From Chrysomallon squamiferum (lineage: Eukaryota; Animalia; Mollusca), in the NCBI GenBank assembly GCA_012295275.1, contig CM022671.1, forward strand, positions 20,770,001-20,834,000: a DNA stretch of 64,000 nucleotides, given 5' to 3'. The translations under genes and the position numbers were made by a program. How positions within the stretch are numbered: position 1 is the first letter of the stretch; each line of letters opens with the position of its first letter. Positions 1-14,491 of the stretch are shown here, piece by piece. Under the pieces are notes generated by a model. It did no database searches and was not told the origin of the DNA. It saw only the letters and a program-made list of their open reading frames with translations.

Positions 1-1039
1 TGAATTTAACAAATACGGCGATGGACCTGGTAGATACACTATAATGAACTATCAACTCAACAGATCCACGAGACACTACGAATACCGTGAAATCGGCAAA
101 TGGGCAACGAACCTCGACATAGACACATCGAGAATCGTGTGGTCAGGAGGAACCATGGACATCCCCAAGTCCCGCTGTAGCGAACCATGTAAGACAGGGG
201 AAATAAAGAACATGAGAGACGGCGATCCTTGCTGCTGGATCTGTACAAAGTGTATGCCTATGGAATTCGTTCGTGACGAAAAGACGTGCGAAGCTTGTCC
301 CAGAGGAAAATGGCCGTACGAAAACAAAACTGCGTGTTACGATCTGGAAATAGAATACATGACCTGGGGAAGCATATACGCCATCATCCCAATGTGTCTG
401 AGCACGATTGGCATAATGTGCACTGCTTTCACGATAATCATATTTCTCATACACAACGATACACCCGTGGTGAGAGCGTCCGGCCGAGAGTTGAGCTACA
501 TGTTACTCAGTGGAAGTCTTTTTTGCTACATGATGACCTTCTTGTTATTGGCCAAACCCTCTCTCATCGTTTGTGCAGTTCAGAGGTTTGGGGTGGGCTT
601 TGGCTTTTCGGTTGTGTATTCCGCCATTTTGACTAAAACCAACCGAATTTCAAGGATATTTGAAAGTGCTAGAAGGTCTGCTAAAAGACCTCCATTTATA
701 AGTCCCAAGTCACAGCTTGTGATAGCAGGAATATTGGTTTTTATACAAATACTTTTCACGTGCGTATGGCTTCTGCTGGAACCGCCCGGCGTAAGACTTC
801 ATGTTGACGAAGGGAAAGCGCAAGTAATTCTTAAGTGTAAAAGTGACGATCTCTCGTTTCTTGTGTCTTTAGTGTATAACATGCTTCTTATTATAATATG
901 TACTGTGTACGCAATAAAGACAAGAAAAATTCCCGAGAACTTCAACGAATCAAAGTTCATTGGATTCGCCATGTACACCACTTGCATTATTTGGCTAGCC
1001 TTCGTTCCTATATATTTTGGAACGCTCAATTCTTTTAAG
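1..1039 (+). CDS. Metabotropic glutamate receptor (class C GPCR, group II/III-like), gene 1: large internal exon (end of Venus flytrap domain, cysteine-rich domain, TM1-TM6); starts upstream of the window
   Basis: Frame is open from base 2 (EFNKYGDGPGRYTIMNYQ...). It carries the cysteine-rich domain CSEPC...CCWIC..C...C..C and the mGluR motifs TPVVRASGRELSY, TKTNRISRIF, FISPKSQ and TRKIPENFNESKFIGFAMYTTCIIWLAFVPIYFGT. It ends at donor AAG|gtgagt (1039/1040), phase 0. Confidence 0.97.
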
Positions 1040-4000
1040 GTGAGTATAAATATTAGTGGGTTTAAGTCGGTTTTTATACTTTAATGTCTCGTTTGTTTTG
1101 GTCAGTTTTCTTCCCATCATCCAGCCATCTGATCATTTCTCAAGTTGTTGTTGTTTTTAAGCATTTCAAAGAAATATATTAATTCTAATCAGTTATTATT
1201 TATTTATTTTTATATATTTTTTTGTTATTATTATCACCATCAATGTTATTTTACCGTCAGTTATTTATTACTTGCTGCTTATCTTTCTATTTATCGTCAT
1301 CATCACCATCATCACCATCATCATATTACTATTATCATCATCATTAATTTATATTAATTATATTTATTTATTGACATATGTTTCTTACTTAATAAGAAAT
1401 GTATGCACTGACTATGTTTGTATCCTTAAATTGTGTTTGTGTGTAAACTTGTGTCAGTACAGCCGGCTAAATCCAGAAAATACACATAGCAACTACTTGG
1501 ACAACTCGTTTTCCATCGCCTTGATAAACTGACTAAATCCGATTTGTCTAATATACACTTGCCCTCAGTCAACAAAGACCGGCAGGAACATATTTTCGGC
1601 TCCACTTGATCCATCCAAATATTGGATTGGCGTGACTCTCTTTGTATTCATGAACTTTGTGCAACCCATAGACTAAGTCAATTGTGTCAATGTCCATTTA
1701 CAACTTTCCTTAGCGGCAAAGAAGCAGCATATATGGTTTAATGGTGGAGTGTTTCAAATGAAATGCGGGAGTTCATACGATCGATCCTCTTTATTAGCGA
1801 ATTTGTCTGTATTTTTTCTTTACTAAAGACGAGCGATAAAGAATTCTCAATTTTCAAGTAGCTTATTGTTACTACTACTACCGCAATGACTGCTGCTACA
1901 TCAGTAATAACTGCTACTGGCTATTACTATCCATACCCTATTATTTTTCTTCTAACAAACAAGTACTGTCATCATTGTCATAGTCATCATCATCGTTATC
2001 ATCATTTATTTAACTTAAACTGCTGCTGATACTACTTCTTTTGCTATTTCTGCTAAATATTCTACTATTACCACCACTAGCATTATTACTAAATATACTA
2101 AACCATAACAGCTACTATTACACTACTGTTATTAATAAATAAACTACTGCAACAACAGCCATTACTACTGCCACTGCTGTTACTACTGTTAATAATAATA
2201 ATAAGACACTGTTACAACTAATAGTATTTTTAAAACTACAGCCGCTGTTTTTTTTTTTCTTTTTTTTTATATTCTTCCTCTTCCTATCATTCAGTGATAG
2301 ATATACAAAGGATGCTAAATGTCACTTTGACTTATTCCTGAGTGTCCTTCATTAGGACAAAGGCATAACTTTGACGCTATCATTGGCAGGCGATAAATGA
2401 AACGAGCTGCTGAGCTCTCTGGAGGATTCGTGGTAAAAATTGCTCTGATTCTTTATCAGCTGTGATAGCTGTCTCCCCTGTCTAGCGGTCGCGTACATCA
2501 CTTGATTTATCTGTTCCTTTTGGAAGCGTTCCCTCTCAGCTCTTAAACAAGGGGTCGTAATCAAATCTGTCAGATTATTTGATTTGTCAGAAGACAAGCC
2601 AAAACCTCAACGACTGATCTGTGAACAGCAGACATTAAAAAGAATCACATATTGAAGGGAAATAACTCAACGTCAACTTTAATTCCCATGTGGCTGGCAT
2701 TTGACTGAATATTGCTTGATAAATTGTAATGTCATGAGGCCGGAAATAAGATGATGGTCAAGTACTTTTTTTGTACTTAATGGTAATAAATCCGATATCA
2801 TTTGTATTTTTTCAAATATCTTTATAAGGAACTGTGTTGGCACGATAACTTTATTAAATTAAAATGATACCTTATTATTATAAGGTTAAGACGGCTAAAG
2901 TAGCTTATATTCATAGGTGACCGCAGGGATGGGACAAAAGAACCCACTGAATTTGGAACTGCAATTATTTTAAAGCAAATTAACAGCTTTACATTTTGAT
3001 GTTTTATACATAAGTTTTCTTAACTGACTGTAAATACACGTATAACAGTGTTACGTATACACTTACTTCTTCTCTCGATGCTCGAGTAGATGGGTTATTT
3101 CTTATCAAGTATTCGCATCAAAATGTGCTGACATATTTCGTCCTTTCACCGACCTGGGACTGTTCATATGGATGCTGATACTTGTATCAATTTTATATCA
3201 AGTACGTTTGACCTAATAATATTCTTTTGGGCGACAGAAACAAATAAAAATAACTTTTTCTGTCATTTTAAGATCTCGGTAGACAGTTGGACATATGCCA
3301 TATTAAATATCATTATAGTTATATTTTTCTTGTTCCAGCTTGGAACAGGTTATTAAAATCGATGCCGTACAAACCTTGAGGTAGTCAAGTTAATAAGCGA
3401 CAGTTCAAGTTGTGTAAACACACGAAGCAATATTGGAGGATTATTTCCCCGATAATTGTGTATCCAAATATACCCAGCGCACGGAAGAAACCAGCTGAGT
3501 ATGGGCTTGATGCCGCGTTTCTTAATTTCAATACAGGATGGTTATGGTATGGAGAATAGCGTGATGGAATCCAATTAAAATGCTAGCACAATGGTTTGGG
3601 CACGCAGCGTAAGAAAACATAATAAAAGCGATACGGGCTTGTTGAAATTAATTTCTACCTTTATAAATTTTGTCAAAGATTTCTTATCGTTCGTTGACAT
3701 TGTTTGTTCGACATAAAATAGATGAATTTCGTATAATATATGACTATTAACTTAATTTTAAGCTGTATTTTTTTTTTTATCATATGCACTGAAGGATTAA
3801 TTTGATGATTTATCATTTGTGATACATATCGACATTAAACACAGCAACTGTTGTCATCGTATGCATCATGTCCAGACTAAATTAATATATGTATGACTAC
3901 CTTAATTTTGTTTCTAATTAATCTTTTAACAAAAATCTAACATCCCTTTGATTTTTGTTCTGTGACAAATGAGCTGGAACTTTCCAAATACGTTCAACGA

Positions 4001-5957
4001 AGCCTTGAATATTCCGGTAGCAGCAACTTCCTATCATACGGCCTTTTTTTTTGCCCTGGAACCAGATAAATAATGAATTAGTTCTGGAAGCAGACATCGA
4101 AAAAGCGATAAGTTCCGACAGATCAGATTGAGATAAAAGGCAGAAATATCACATTCCTATATATAATTCGTTTTCATTCACAGTAATGCGATAAGTTATG
4201 CTCGGCATTGCTGATAACAACGTTTATTATATCAGTGTGTTTGGTGTGATGGTTCCTGCTCGCAAATCAAAATACTACAGTTTGTTCAGTGTAAGCCAAT
4301 TGATATTGGTGATTAATTAATTTCTTTTCCTTTCTTTTGTTTATAATCTTAGCCTCGAGCGTCGTTGCAAGGGAAGCAAACAAATAAGAGCGCTAGGTTG
4401 ATTTGGCTGAAGTTGGCGATGTAGCTGATTGAAACCTTAGTAACTGACCGTAACGTCATGGTAGTTGTTGGCCCTCTAATTTAACATATTCAGGTTTTTG
4501 TCTGAATAAAATTTACATGGTTTTATGAACTACTTAGATACTTTCAACCGACTTCCGGTTTTTACTACTTTCGTATCTCTTGACATTTTCTCAGTACAAA
4601 ATGTAGTATCTTGCCGATATCCTTGTAAAATGTAAATAGTAACAAGGATCACTATTACATGTTTTCTGGACAAAAATAATTTTCAAAGAGGAAACTCTTG
4701 GTTACATATCAAAGGCTGCGTTTTGTTGTTATTTGTTGGTAGATAAACGGTCTGTATATTGTTTTGCATGTTCTAGCATGCGTGAAAATCACTTGGCTAT
4801 GCTACTTGCCACGCTATTTTACAATACATAATGGAAATTTCCGTATTTTGAGAAAAACATCTCTAAGTGCAGTACTTTGTTCACTGGCAATGTTAAGTGC
4901 TTTTCACAATACGAGTCATAAACAGTGATAGATGATGCCGCGAGTCATTAAGCTGGATTCAGACTCTGTCGAGGTTGTTAAGTCAGGAAAATAAGCAGTT
5001 CTGGTGAGTTTGCAGTTCGCGGTAAACACGCATGCGTGTGCATGGACACGTAAACTGGTGCTATTAAACCTTATTATCAGGACGAAGATGCTCACTCGGA
5101 CTCAAATGGCACAATGAACGAAAGTCTGGTTTCCTGGGTGATTTAAAATTACTATTTAGTTGATCCACAGAATGAAGTGCTCCTATTCGCAGATAATGTT
5201 ATGTTTTTCTAGAAAGGCGTATTCACATATCGGAACTAGTGATAATGATCTGAGGTTTTCTATGTAAGGCTCCGTATTACTAGGAGCTTATCTTTTATAT
5301 CTAGTTTCCAAACTCACACTTATGCTACATCACTTATCTTTGTCATTAAAATGCTAATAGCACTACGAGTTAATGTACATTAGTACATCACTCAATGGTC
5401 GTCACTATGACATGAATTTCTGAGCAAGAACTTTAACATCATGGAAACAGTTAATTGTAGCTGTAAACCAATTTGGAGCAATGACTTTTGAATGCTTAAT
5501 CGAGATTGCATTGTACTCACCTTCCCGAGTTCCAGAATATAGGTAAATTATATATCACAAACAAACCTAACGATATGTTTTTTTCGATCGAGTAATATTC
5601 GTTTTAATTCATTAACTTAGATACTTAGGAGCAAGAGTGATATATAAGTGCTATGTAAGAGAATGAACCTTATGTAACAAGGACAGGACAATATATGTTA
5701 ATGAACTATCAAAATTTTATCCACTGAATAAGCTTGTGTCTGATTCGAAGGCTACATCCTAAGACTTGAGGGTCTTTCATAGGGCTATGACCCATTCCAA
5801 GCATGTCCCCGGCACTTCCTTTTTCAAAACTAGTCGCTATTAATCGGTAAGATAGCACGTTGTGAGGTGACATAGGCATCCCTCTCGTATATTGAGTTTA
5901 TTCAAAGAATTTAAACACTGTTCGTAAAATAAGCTATGAAGTCTTTAGACACGTATT

Positions 5958-6080
<123 letters not shown>

Positions 6081-7268
6081 AAAATTAACATCCATAAAAT
6101 ATATTTTAATGAGCTAATAAAAATGTTAATATTCGGTAAAACTCATTATTTTTCCAAAGGTTTGGCCCATTAATTTGAGTGCATTTACTATTTTTGTGTC
6201 AGTCGATATGGTTTGCTATTCACTTTCAAAAGTATATCGTCTATAATGACAGCGTCTCTATTAAAGATGTTCAATATCCTTTTTTTTTTATTTCTCTTGG
6301 ATAAATATACATGTCCTTTCATGTTATGAAGCAGAGGTGAAACGATTCCACTTTTCATGAACTTTTATTTCCATCTTCAGTTCTTTAGGAGACGTTTCAT
6401 TTACTCCTCACCGATATATTCCCGCAAAGAAACTGGTTTGTTAAGTTCTATCAAAACAATCGATTTCCAAACAGGAAATTGTTGCAGTTTTCATAGAACA
6501 CAACGCCTGGCAAAAACGGCGTTGTTTTGCAATGTTGCTTTGTTACATATATCATGTACGCTTGACAAGCTAATGATGTAGATTGTCTGCTTCTGTCGAT
6601 AAAATTCCAGTCATTTCGCTTCAGACATTTTTCAACGCACCGCTGACTTTCTAAAACGTAATTGTGAAGCTTTAGCATACTTCTGATTCCAATCAAACTG
6701 ATAAATTTAAAGTCGCAACTACGCGTCAAAGTTCCCATGAAGGTGAAATATATATTTTTTTCATGAACATATGAGGTTTGATATTTTAATATATTATCAC
6801 AATGATATTTGTAAATTTGTACGAAATTTTGATTTCCAATGTACGATATATGTCTTTTGCCGTTAAAATAAATAAAATAACTGAATAAAAAGAATGATGA
6901 TGATGACGACGACGATGATGATGATGATAATAATAATAACAATAATCATAACTACAAAAACAACAAAATAATATAATGATCATGACGATGCTGGTAATAA
7001 TGACGAGAATAATGTAATGGTAAGAATAAGAAGCTTTTAATCAATATTCCAAAAGAAACAATTACAGATTGGGCGCACATTCTCAAAAATATTCTAGCGC
7101 ACTTACTTTCTTTTTAAAACTTTGCCTAAATGATATTCCACGTAGATTTTTATAATCGTAAATTCTTTCACTATTTTTAATGCGTTTTTTTTATTTATAT
7201 TATTATTATTATTTATATGTATTTATGTATGTATGTATTAATTAATTGTTAATATTGTTCTCTTTCAG

Positions 7269-7452
7269 ATTCAGATCACTACTTTGTGTGTTTCTATCTC
7301 TTTGAGTGCTTCAGTTGCCTTGCTCTGTCTGTTTTTGCCAAAGGTCTACATAATAGTCTTCCAACCGCAGAAGAATGTAAGAAAACTGACAATGAATTCT
7401 GCTAGTTATAAAATGGCGCCTACTGGTTCAACGGGAACATCGAACAATTACG
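7269..7452 (+). CDS. mGluR gene 1: TM7 exon and proximal C-tail
   Basis: Acceptor tctctttcag| and donor G|gtgagt. Phase-0 translation [61 protein letters not shown] matches mGluR TM7 ([21 protein letters not shown]). 184 nt, ends in phase 1. Not shown in the ORF track. Confidence 0.95.
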
Positions 7453-9345
7453 GTGAGTTTTGAATCATCACTGATGTCTTTACACGATTATTTTAAACGT
7501 TCCCATAACTAGTATATTTTTATTATTAATGTTTACAATTATTTTATTTTAACCTGGCAAAAGCATATGTTTAAAACAGTTGGAATTATCCATGTTATCA
7601 TTTATCTATTAAATTTCACACACTTTTTCAACGGGGCATTTTGATCTCAGAGATGTACCAAATAAAGACATATGAACACCTTTCAAGGTCATATGCTCTT
7701 AAGAAATTTGCTAATAACTGTGTTGATTTGATACTTATACAGGTCAATTATTCTTAACATGCAGTTTTTGGTACTTATCCATAGTGCTCTCGTTGAGTCC
7801 ATAATAAGTTCAGCAGAACATCGCTTAGGTCTAATTACATCTCTGGTTCATTAGCATATAGAATACACGTCTATTATATATCAAAGGACATTATATTTAG
7901 TGTCATAACGATAAATGTCTTCATAATACGTTTGGTTCTTTAATGCAGATGTGGCTGAACTGGTAACTAATATAACGTGGTTTAGCATTATCATTTTATG
8001 GTTCATTATTCTGGAGAATATACTTGAATCCCCAAAAGCATGACGCTGATCCTCAAAGTGGAACAACAAATTCTACAACTGTGCGAAAAAAAAAAGAGAA
8101 GAAAACGTAATCAGGTTATGTTTGAAAGTAATGATTCGACAGTTTTTGTTATTATCTCTTCTTATTTAATTCAGCATCCATTTTGACATTATAACCAAAG
8201 TTCGAATCGTTTGTTTTCAGTCTGTGCCATTATTTGGCTGGATCTTCTAGGTGAATAATAAATATGTTACAACATGAGCTTATGTGTTCAACTAAACATT
8301 TATCAGTTTAATTTACATCCAACGGTCATTAAACTATACATATACACAATTCATAAACTCAGATTGGAAAACCAGGATGTTACTAGTATGTTAATACTTT
8401 AGTTGTAACAAAGCTCAGTGAAATACTGGGAATCCTCTAAATGGGGTCCATGCTCGTCAAAACGTTTTGTTAGATACACAGTTTATGAATTCGTATCGAA
8501 GAACCAATATACTATGAGTATATTAACATTCTGATGGTAAATTAAAGATTTCATTGAAAGGCACATGATATTTATCTCAGAAATTGGGCCTGTATTAGTT
8601 TAGGTTCGGTTTTTAGCGATTAACTTATCTGAGCCAGATTCACAGATACTTTAACTGAAATGTTACATCATTTGTTCTGGTGTAGCATCTGATGTCCACG
8701 TTATTAGTCGTTCTAGAACCAGTAAGAAATGTATGACGTTACAGTGTATTAAAAACAAAAGTGTACAGAATAAGAACACAAAGCGACTAACTGTCAGTGT
8801 TTAAACTGAATGCGTAAACACAATTACGTCGAATAATCAAAACAGCTTTAACCAGGCAGTATATCTCAACAGCAAAACTACTGAAAATTACGGCTTGCTT
8901 AGTTATACAGAGAAATTTAATTAAAACTGTCGTCTCAAGTTTGGTTCATTACACGTTCTAGAAAAACTGAGAAAATTAATTTTAAGTTTTGTGTCATTCA
9001 GTAACTTAATACTTCGCAATAATGATGAAGATGATGATAATTTATTATTATTATTATGATTACAACAACAAAACACAAGAAAAAATAAATGGTAACAACA
9101 ATTTGACTAATAAAAATTTGATTAATAAATGGTTTACTAATACAATGATTAGAGAGGAAAATAAACAAAATTTAAAATAAATAAATAAATATATATATAT
9201 GTATTTATTTATTTTAATTTTTACTTTCAAAACACTATTTTAAAGAAAAGAATTTATAATCAGATCAAAAACAACTTTGACCAGTGGGGAAAAAAAAAGA
9301 AAAAAAAAGAAGAGTTATTTATCAAATTTCAAAGTTTAGTCAAAG

Positions 9346-9382
<37 letters not shown>

Positions 9383-12300
9383 AAGTTAGATATTAACACC
9401 TGAAACGGCGGTAAACTATTCCTAATCATCTGCAGATAACATCTAACTTTCCCTTGTATATATTTTGTGTTTATATAATCATTTCATTTAATTGCGTTAA
9501 GTGTTTTTAATTCAAAAAAAAAAAAAATTTTATCTTTTTTTTTAAAAAAATCCTAAAACACACAAAAAAAAAAAAAAAAAAAAAAACACGTCGCCACAAA
9601 ACATTCTTAGTATTTTTTTTTCAGTTAAGTTAATGAACAATTTCGTTACAATTAAAACATCTTTAATTTCAGTATAATTATTATTATATACAGAAGAGGG
9701 ACATAAATATCTGGTAGAATTAGGACATTCATCCTTCTGGTTCCATTCAACCCTAAATAATTGCATTCACCCTTGAGTGAATCGTTCGCGTTTAAGCAGC
9801 ACTGATACAAGGTTTCCATATCAGCCGAGTATAGCAAAACGGATGCTGTAAACAGGAACGCATTTTGATGAGCTTTTGTAAAACCGCCAATGGAACAAAA
9901 GGCTCAGTTTTGGTTCTCGGCGAACGGGCTTTTATCTGAGGGATTTTCAGTATTGATCACAGGCTAAGTGGATGTGTAAATCTTCCACTGGGGCGGAAAA
10001 GACGCAGGAATCGTCTGAATATAGCAGCGAACGGGAAGACCCTGCCAAAGGTTCATATAATGGGAATAAACCACTTAGAAATTGAGTGCCGGCAATAATG
10101 CCGGTGTTCCACTCGTGTTGACAGCCTCCGCTCCCCGGAGACTTCGGTTAAAGGGGGACGAGGCAGTGAGCTCAATCTTTTTCTCAATCTGTTCTCTTTT
10201 TTGGTTTCTGTCTGAAAGCAGTCGCTTAAGATGGGGTCGCATGACATCATCAGCTCATCTCGAGAACATGCGCTATTCAGTTAGAATTTCCAGAACCTGA
10301 TTGGACGGATACTGAGTGGGACTGAATTAACGTGTGTTCAGAAATAAAGGTGCGAAAATGCGTAACAGTCAGTAGTGTTGATGCATCACGGTTGATGAAC
10401 TTAAATTTTACGTCGTTAAAACCTAAAGACATTTAAAATACCCAAAATAATTTAGTCGATGTGTTGATCTTTCGCGCTCGGTAAACAAAAGCAAATGTTT
10501 TGTAAATTCAAATTAAGTCACGTGTTATTGATGTTTCGGTTTCTTTCAGTGAAACAAAACAAAACCAATGAATTGAAAACAAAAAACAGAAACGTATTAT
10601 AGATGTGTATTTTTTTTTTGATGAGATAAACCGAAAGTCATTACCATTAAAGCAAATCAATGTAAACTAAATTATGTCTTGGTTTTGTTTATTGATCTAT
10701 TACTTAATGTTTCTAAACATGATTAACATACAGTACGACAGTAATAAGGTATATAATTCTGCCAGTATCAGTATAGTTTTCCCAAAATATACGTTTATAT
10801 AAGTATATATTTAGTTATACCAGTCCTGTCATATTAGAGAAATAATGCTCCTCAGAAAGGGTTAATGTCAGAGTAATGTTATTCATACTAAAAGAATACA
10901 TTTAATGTGCAATTTAGGTCCCAAATGTAATAATATTCATTTGTCAAATAGCTCTCTAAGATAAAGTTTATGGTTATGTTCTGTGTAGATTGCCCACTTG
11001 TGTTTATAAACAGTTATTTACTTATTCATAAAATAAAGCATACGCTTACAAATCTCATAGAAAACTTGGATCAAGGGAAAGAATTGAGTGACGTAGAGAT
11101 AGATATAAACAGTGAATGAGAGAAAGTGTAAAGGATAAAGAGAGAGAGATGGACCGAGAGCCATATAAAGATACATGGAGAAAGGGAGAGAAAGAAGAGA
11201 GGGTGAACAAATAGACAAAGAGAGAAACTGAAAGACAGCGTCAGACGAGGAAGGAAAAATAAAAGAAGGAGTGATGGAGAGAGTGAAAGTGAGAGGGGCA
11301 AAATCATAATAAGACAAAAAGAAAAAATAATTATTAAGAGTAAGATAGGCATAATTGTATATTATCAACTACGTTTTAAGAATTAATTATATTTAATCAT
11401 AACTATCTTTTTTTTTTTCGTTTAAATATAAATAGCCACGAAAATACTTTTAGTGCCTTTGAATCGATCTAAATCTTTTGGACAGGCTGCACATTTGACG
11501 TTTTAAAATCTGGGCTCAAAGTCAGCTGCACGTAATCAGTCGCCACACGTATCAAAAATAAATCCGTTTCATTCATCGACTCGATCAGTCACTTGAATGC
11601 CTCATTGTTGTCTGAAAAACTGAACGGAAATAGTCGTATTTAGGCTGATTTACATGTATTGAAGTTTCCCACCCTGAATAATGTCCGCTGTCAATTAAAA
11701 AGACTAAAACGTCACTTGTCATTCATGCTGTTTTCAATACTGTCTGACTTTTGTAAAACACTCCAAACAATTTACAGCACGATTTGTTTTCTTCAGTTTT
11801 AGCCTCTAACTTTAAGTCTAATTTGTACAGATACAGAGACCTTCATGAGAAAATTTTCTGACTTACAAATCCAACAATTAAAGACTACATTTAGTGGTTT
11901 GGTTAAACAGTATTTCTTTGTAATCAGCCTTCATGTAATACATCCATGTTAATATTTTGGAACGGAATTGCTAGGTGGCATTTTACAGTTTTATTTAACA
12001 CTACCACATAAAGCAGCATTTGATTCTAAGTGACGCTAATATATATGTGTCACTTTTTCTTTTATCAAAATTCATGATTCGTGTTAATCCAGAATAAGAC
12101 TGCTTCATAAAAATACTTTTACGATTTCTAATTGTTATTGGAAAGTATTAGCACAATTATTACAACCGATTTGCTTTATTACTGGTGCGTTCTAAGTTAG
12201 ACGCCATAATATAACTTAATACTTGTAAATTAAGCAGTATTTGTATAGTTTAATTCAGATTACAGAATATAATACATTAGTGCAATAAAAAAAATAAATA

Positions 12301-14425
12301 AATAAATAAATAAATTAATTAATTAATTAATCAATGTTTACGTACAAGAACATACGCTTATATACGTATTTACATGAAGGGATGCATATACTGAAATCAG
12401 GCTGCCATTTGTCACTCATTAAAATTCCACGAATTACCTTTTTTTTTTTACACATGTATCTTTGTATATATGCACCTATTGCTTCCATTGTGACATAAAC
12501 ATTCTGACAACGTGTCACTTTCAAAGGGACGACACACTGAAATGATTCTCTGCATGATACGAATGTATGTCAAGAGGAGAAGCTAGACATATTAATCAGA
12601 TGAACGATTTAGAAGGTGTTACTTTCATTGAATTTCTGTACAAATATGTCAAGTGGGTCTGCCAGACGTCGTAAGAAGCTAAGACGATAATATTTTTCGC
12701 AGAGTGAAAACAAAAATAATAATAAACAATATCTGTTATGTGTTCGTTATTATCAACAGGTGAACCTAACATCATTTGTTGTTGTTGTTGTTGTTCTTCT
12801 TCTTTTTAAAATTTGAAAGAGAAAATCATGTCTCGTAAAAAAATCATCTATAAATTCTATTTCCATCCAAGGCAGAACTGGGCCAAGTAATGTTGAAATG
12901 AACCGTAGGCTATATGCATGTTCACAGAACGTATTGATCAACGTCTCAAGAAGACAACAATTAGTTTCAGTGTTGATATCTTAGTGGCGTAGATGCAAAC
13001 AACCCCCTCGAACTGTATTATTTATAGCTTCCCAACGCCAGCTGTGGCGAGGAAAATTTGCAATTTTAACACCATTGCAAGACCTCAAGTGTTATCAAGT
13101 GTTAACCACTGAATGCAAAGTCTCCCGTCCACTGACAACAAAGATAACTGAATTCAAAAGTTTCAATCCATTGACAACAAAAACCAATAACCGAATGCAG
13201 AGACCTCAGAAGATAAACTTTTTCATCCTCTTTCTTTGCCTGTCATCCTTAGTCATTAAATGTTCATTATCCATACAGTACAAACACCAGTAGAGTGTCA
13301 GCACCAGTAGAGAGTCATAACCGTTCCAAGATACTCATTATTTTCAATATTGGTTGCTTTATCTGTAATCTTGAAAGTTAGTGGTGACGCAATAGGCAGT
13401 GGGTATCAAAGACATATATATAGTATTAATATTGTAGCAACGTGAGAACTATCGATTGAATTGTTTGGTAAAGTAAATAATGCTAGCTTATTATTTGTAA
13501 CAGTTTATGTTGCTTATAAAAGCAATTATTTTTATAATGATCTCGTTTCAATCTTATAATAATAAATTCCATTACTAATATTTATTAGCAACAACAAACA
13601 AAACAATTCCCAGACAGGCAGATAAATAGAGAAACAGTCAAACAAAAAAATGCATTTTTGTATTTGTTTGCATCCCAAGATCTGTTTCGCAAACAACATA
13701 TTGCTCTCTTAGATATGATGACTGTATGGAAACAATCTTCAGCAACAAACATCAGCGTTGCCCATCTACATGATCGTTGATAAATAATGGATTATTGTAT
13801 TTGCTGATAACAAGCAAAAGCAGGAACAAAGATAAAAGTGTTTTCAAGCGATATTAAGACCCGTCGAGTCAATGCATTACTTAAGCGTGACTATCGGGTC
13901 TTGTTTTGTTTCCGTTTCTTTCAGTGTCGTGATAATATTTTCTAGAATTGCTACTTCGCTTTATCTTATGGATGATCAATGACATAGTTCTTTTTTAGTA
14001 TATATATATATATATATTTAAAATTATTATTCTTTAGTAATTTTCGATATAATCTACAAAACCTGTCAACCTGTGACCTAATAACGTGATCTCGAACATT
14101 ATTATCAGCTGTTAAGTCTGAAATTCAGATCTTTATGTGAATGGTTTATTTCATAGGAATATTAGTGTTATAATTATTTTGTATAATTATCATATGTATG
14201 TACGTGTTTATGTATGTATGTTTGTATGTATGTGTGTTTTAATGTATGTGTGTATGGATATATGCCTGAACATATGTATGTACGTATTATTTTTGGGTGT
14301 GTCTATGTGTGTTTGTTTATGCCTATCTGTGTGTCTGTGTGTCTCTCTGTTGATGTTTATACATATATCCTTATGTTGTATACTGTATTCCCCTGTTTTC
14401 ATCTCTCTGTTTGTATATATGTGTG

Positions 14426-14427
<2 letters not shown>

Positions 14428-14480
<53 letters not shown>

Positions 14481-14491
14481 ATGTGTGTGTG
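14428..14491. repeat. (GT)n microsatellite
   Basis: Seen directly. Confidence 0.95.

Noticed and set aside
1040-1084. ORF-track tail VSINISGFKSVFIL* of the 346-aa ORF, and Met at 44 as its start
   Set aside because: The tail is read-through past the AAG|gtgagt donor, and TM7 is on the 7269 exon. The frame is open upstream of base 44, so the Met is internal.
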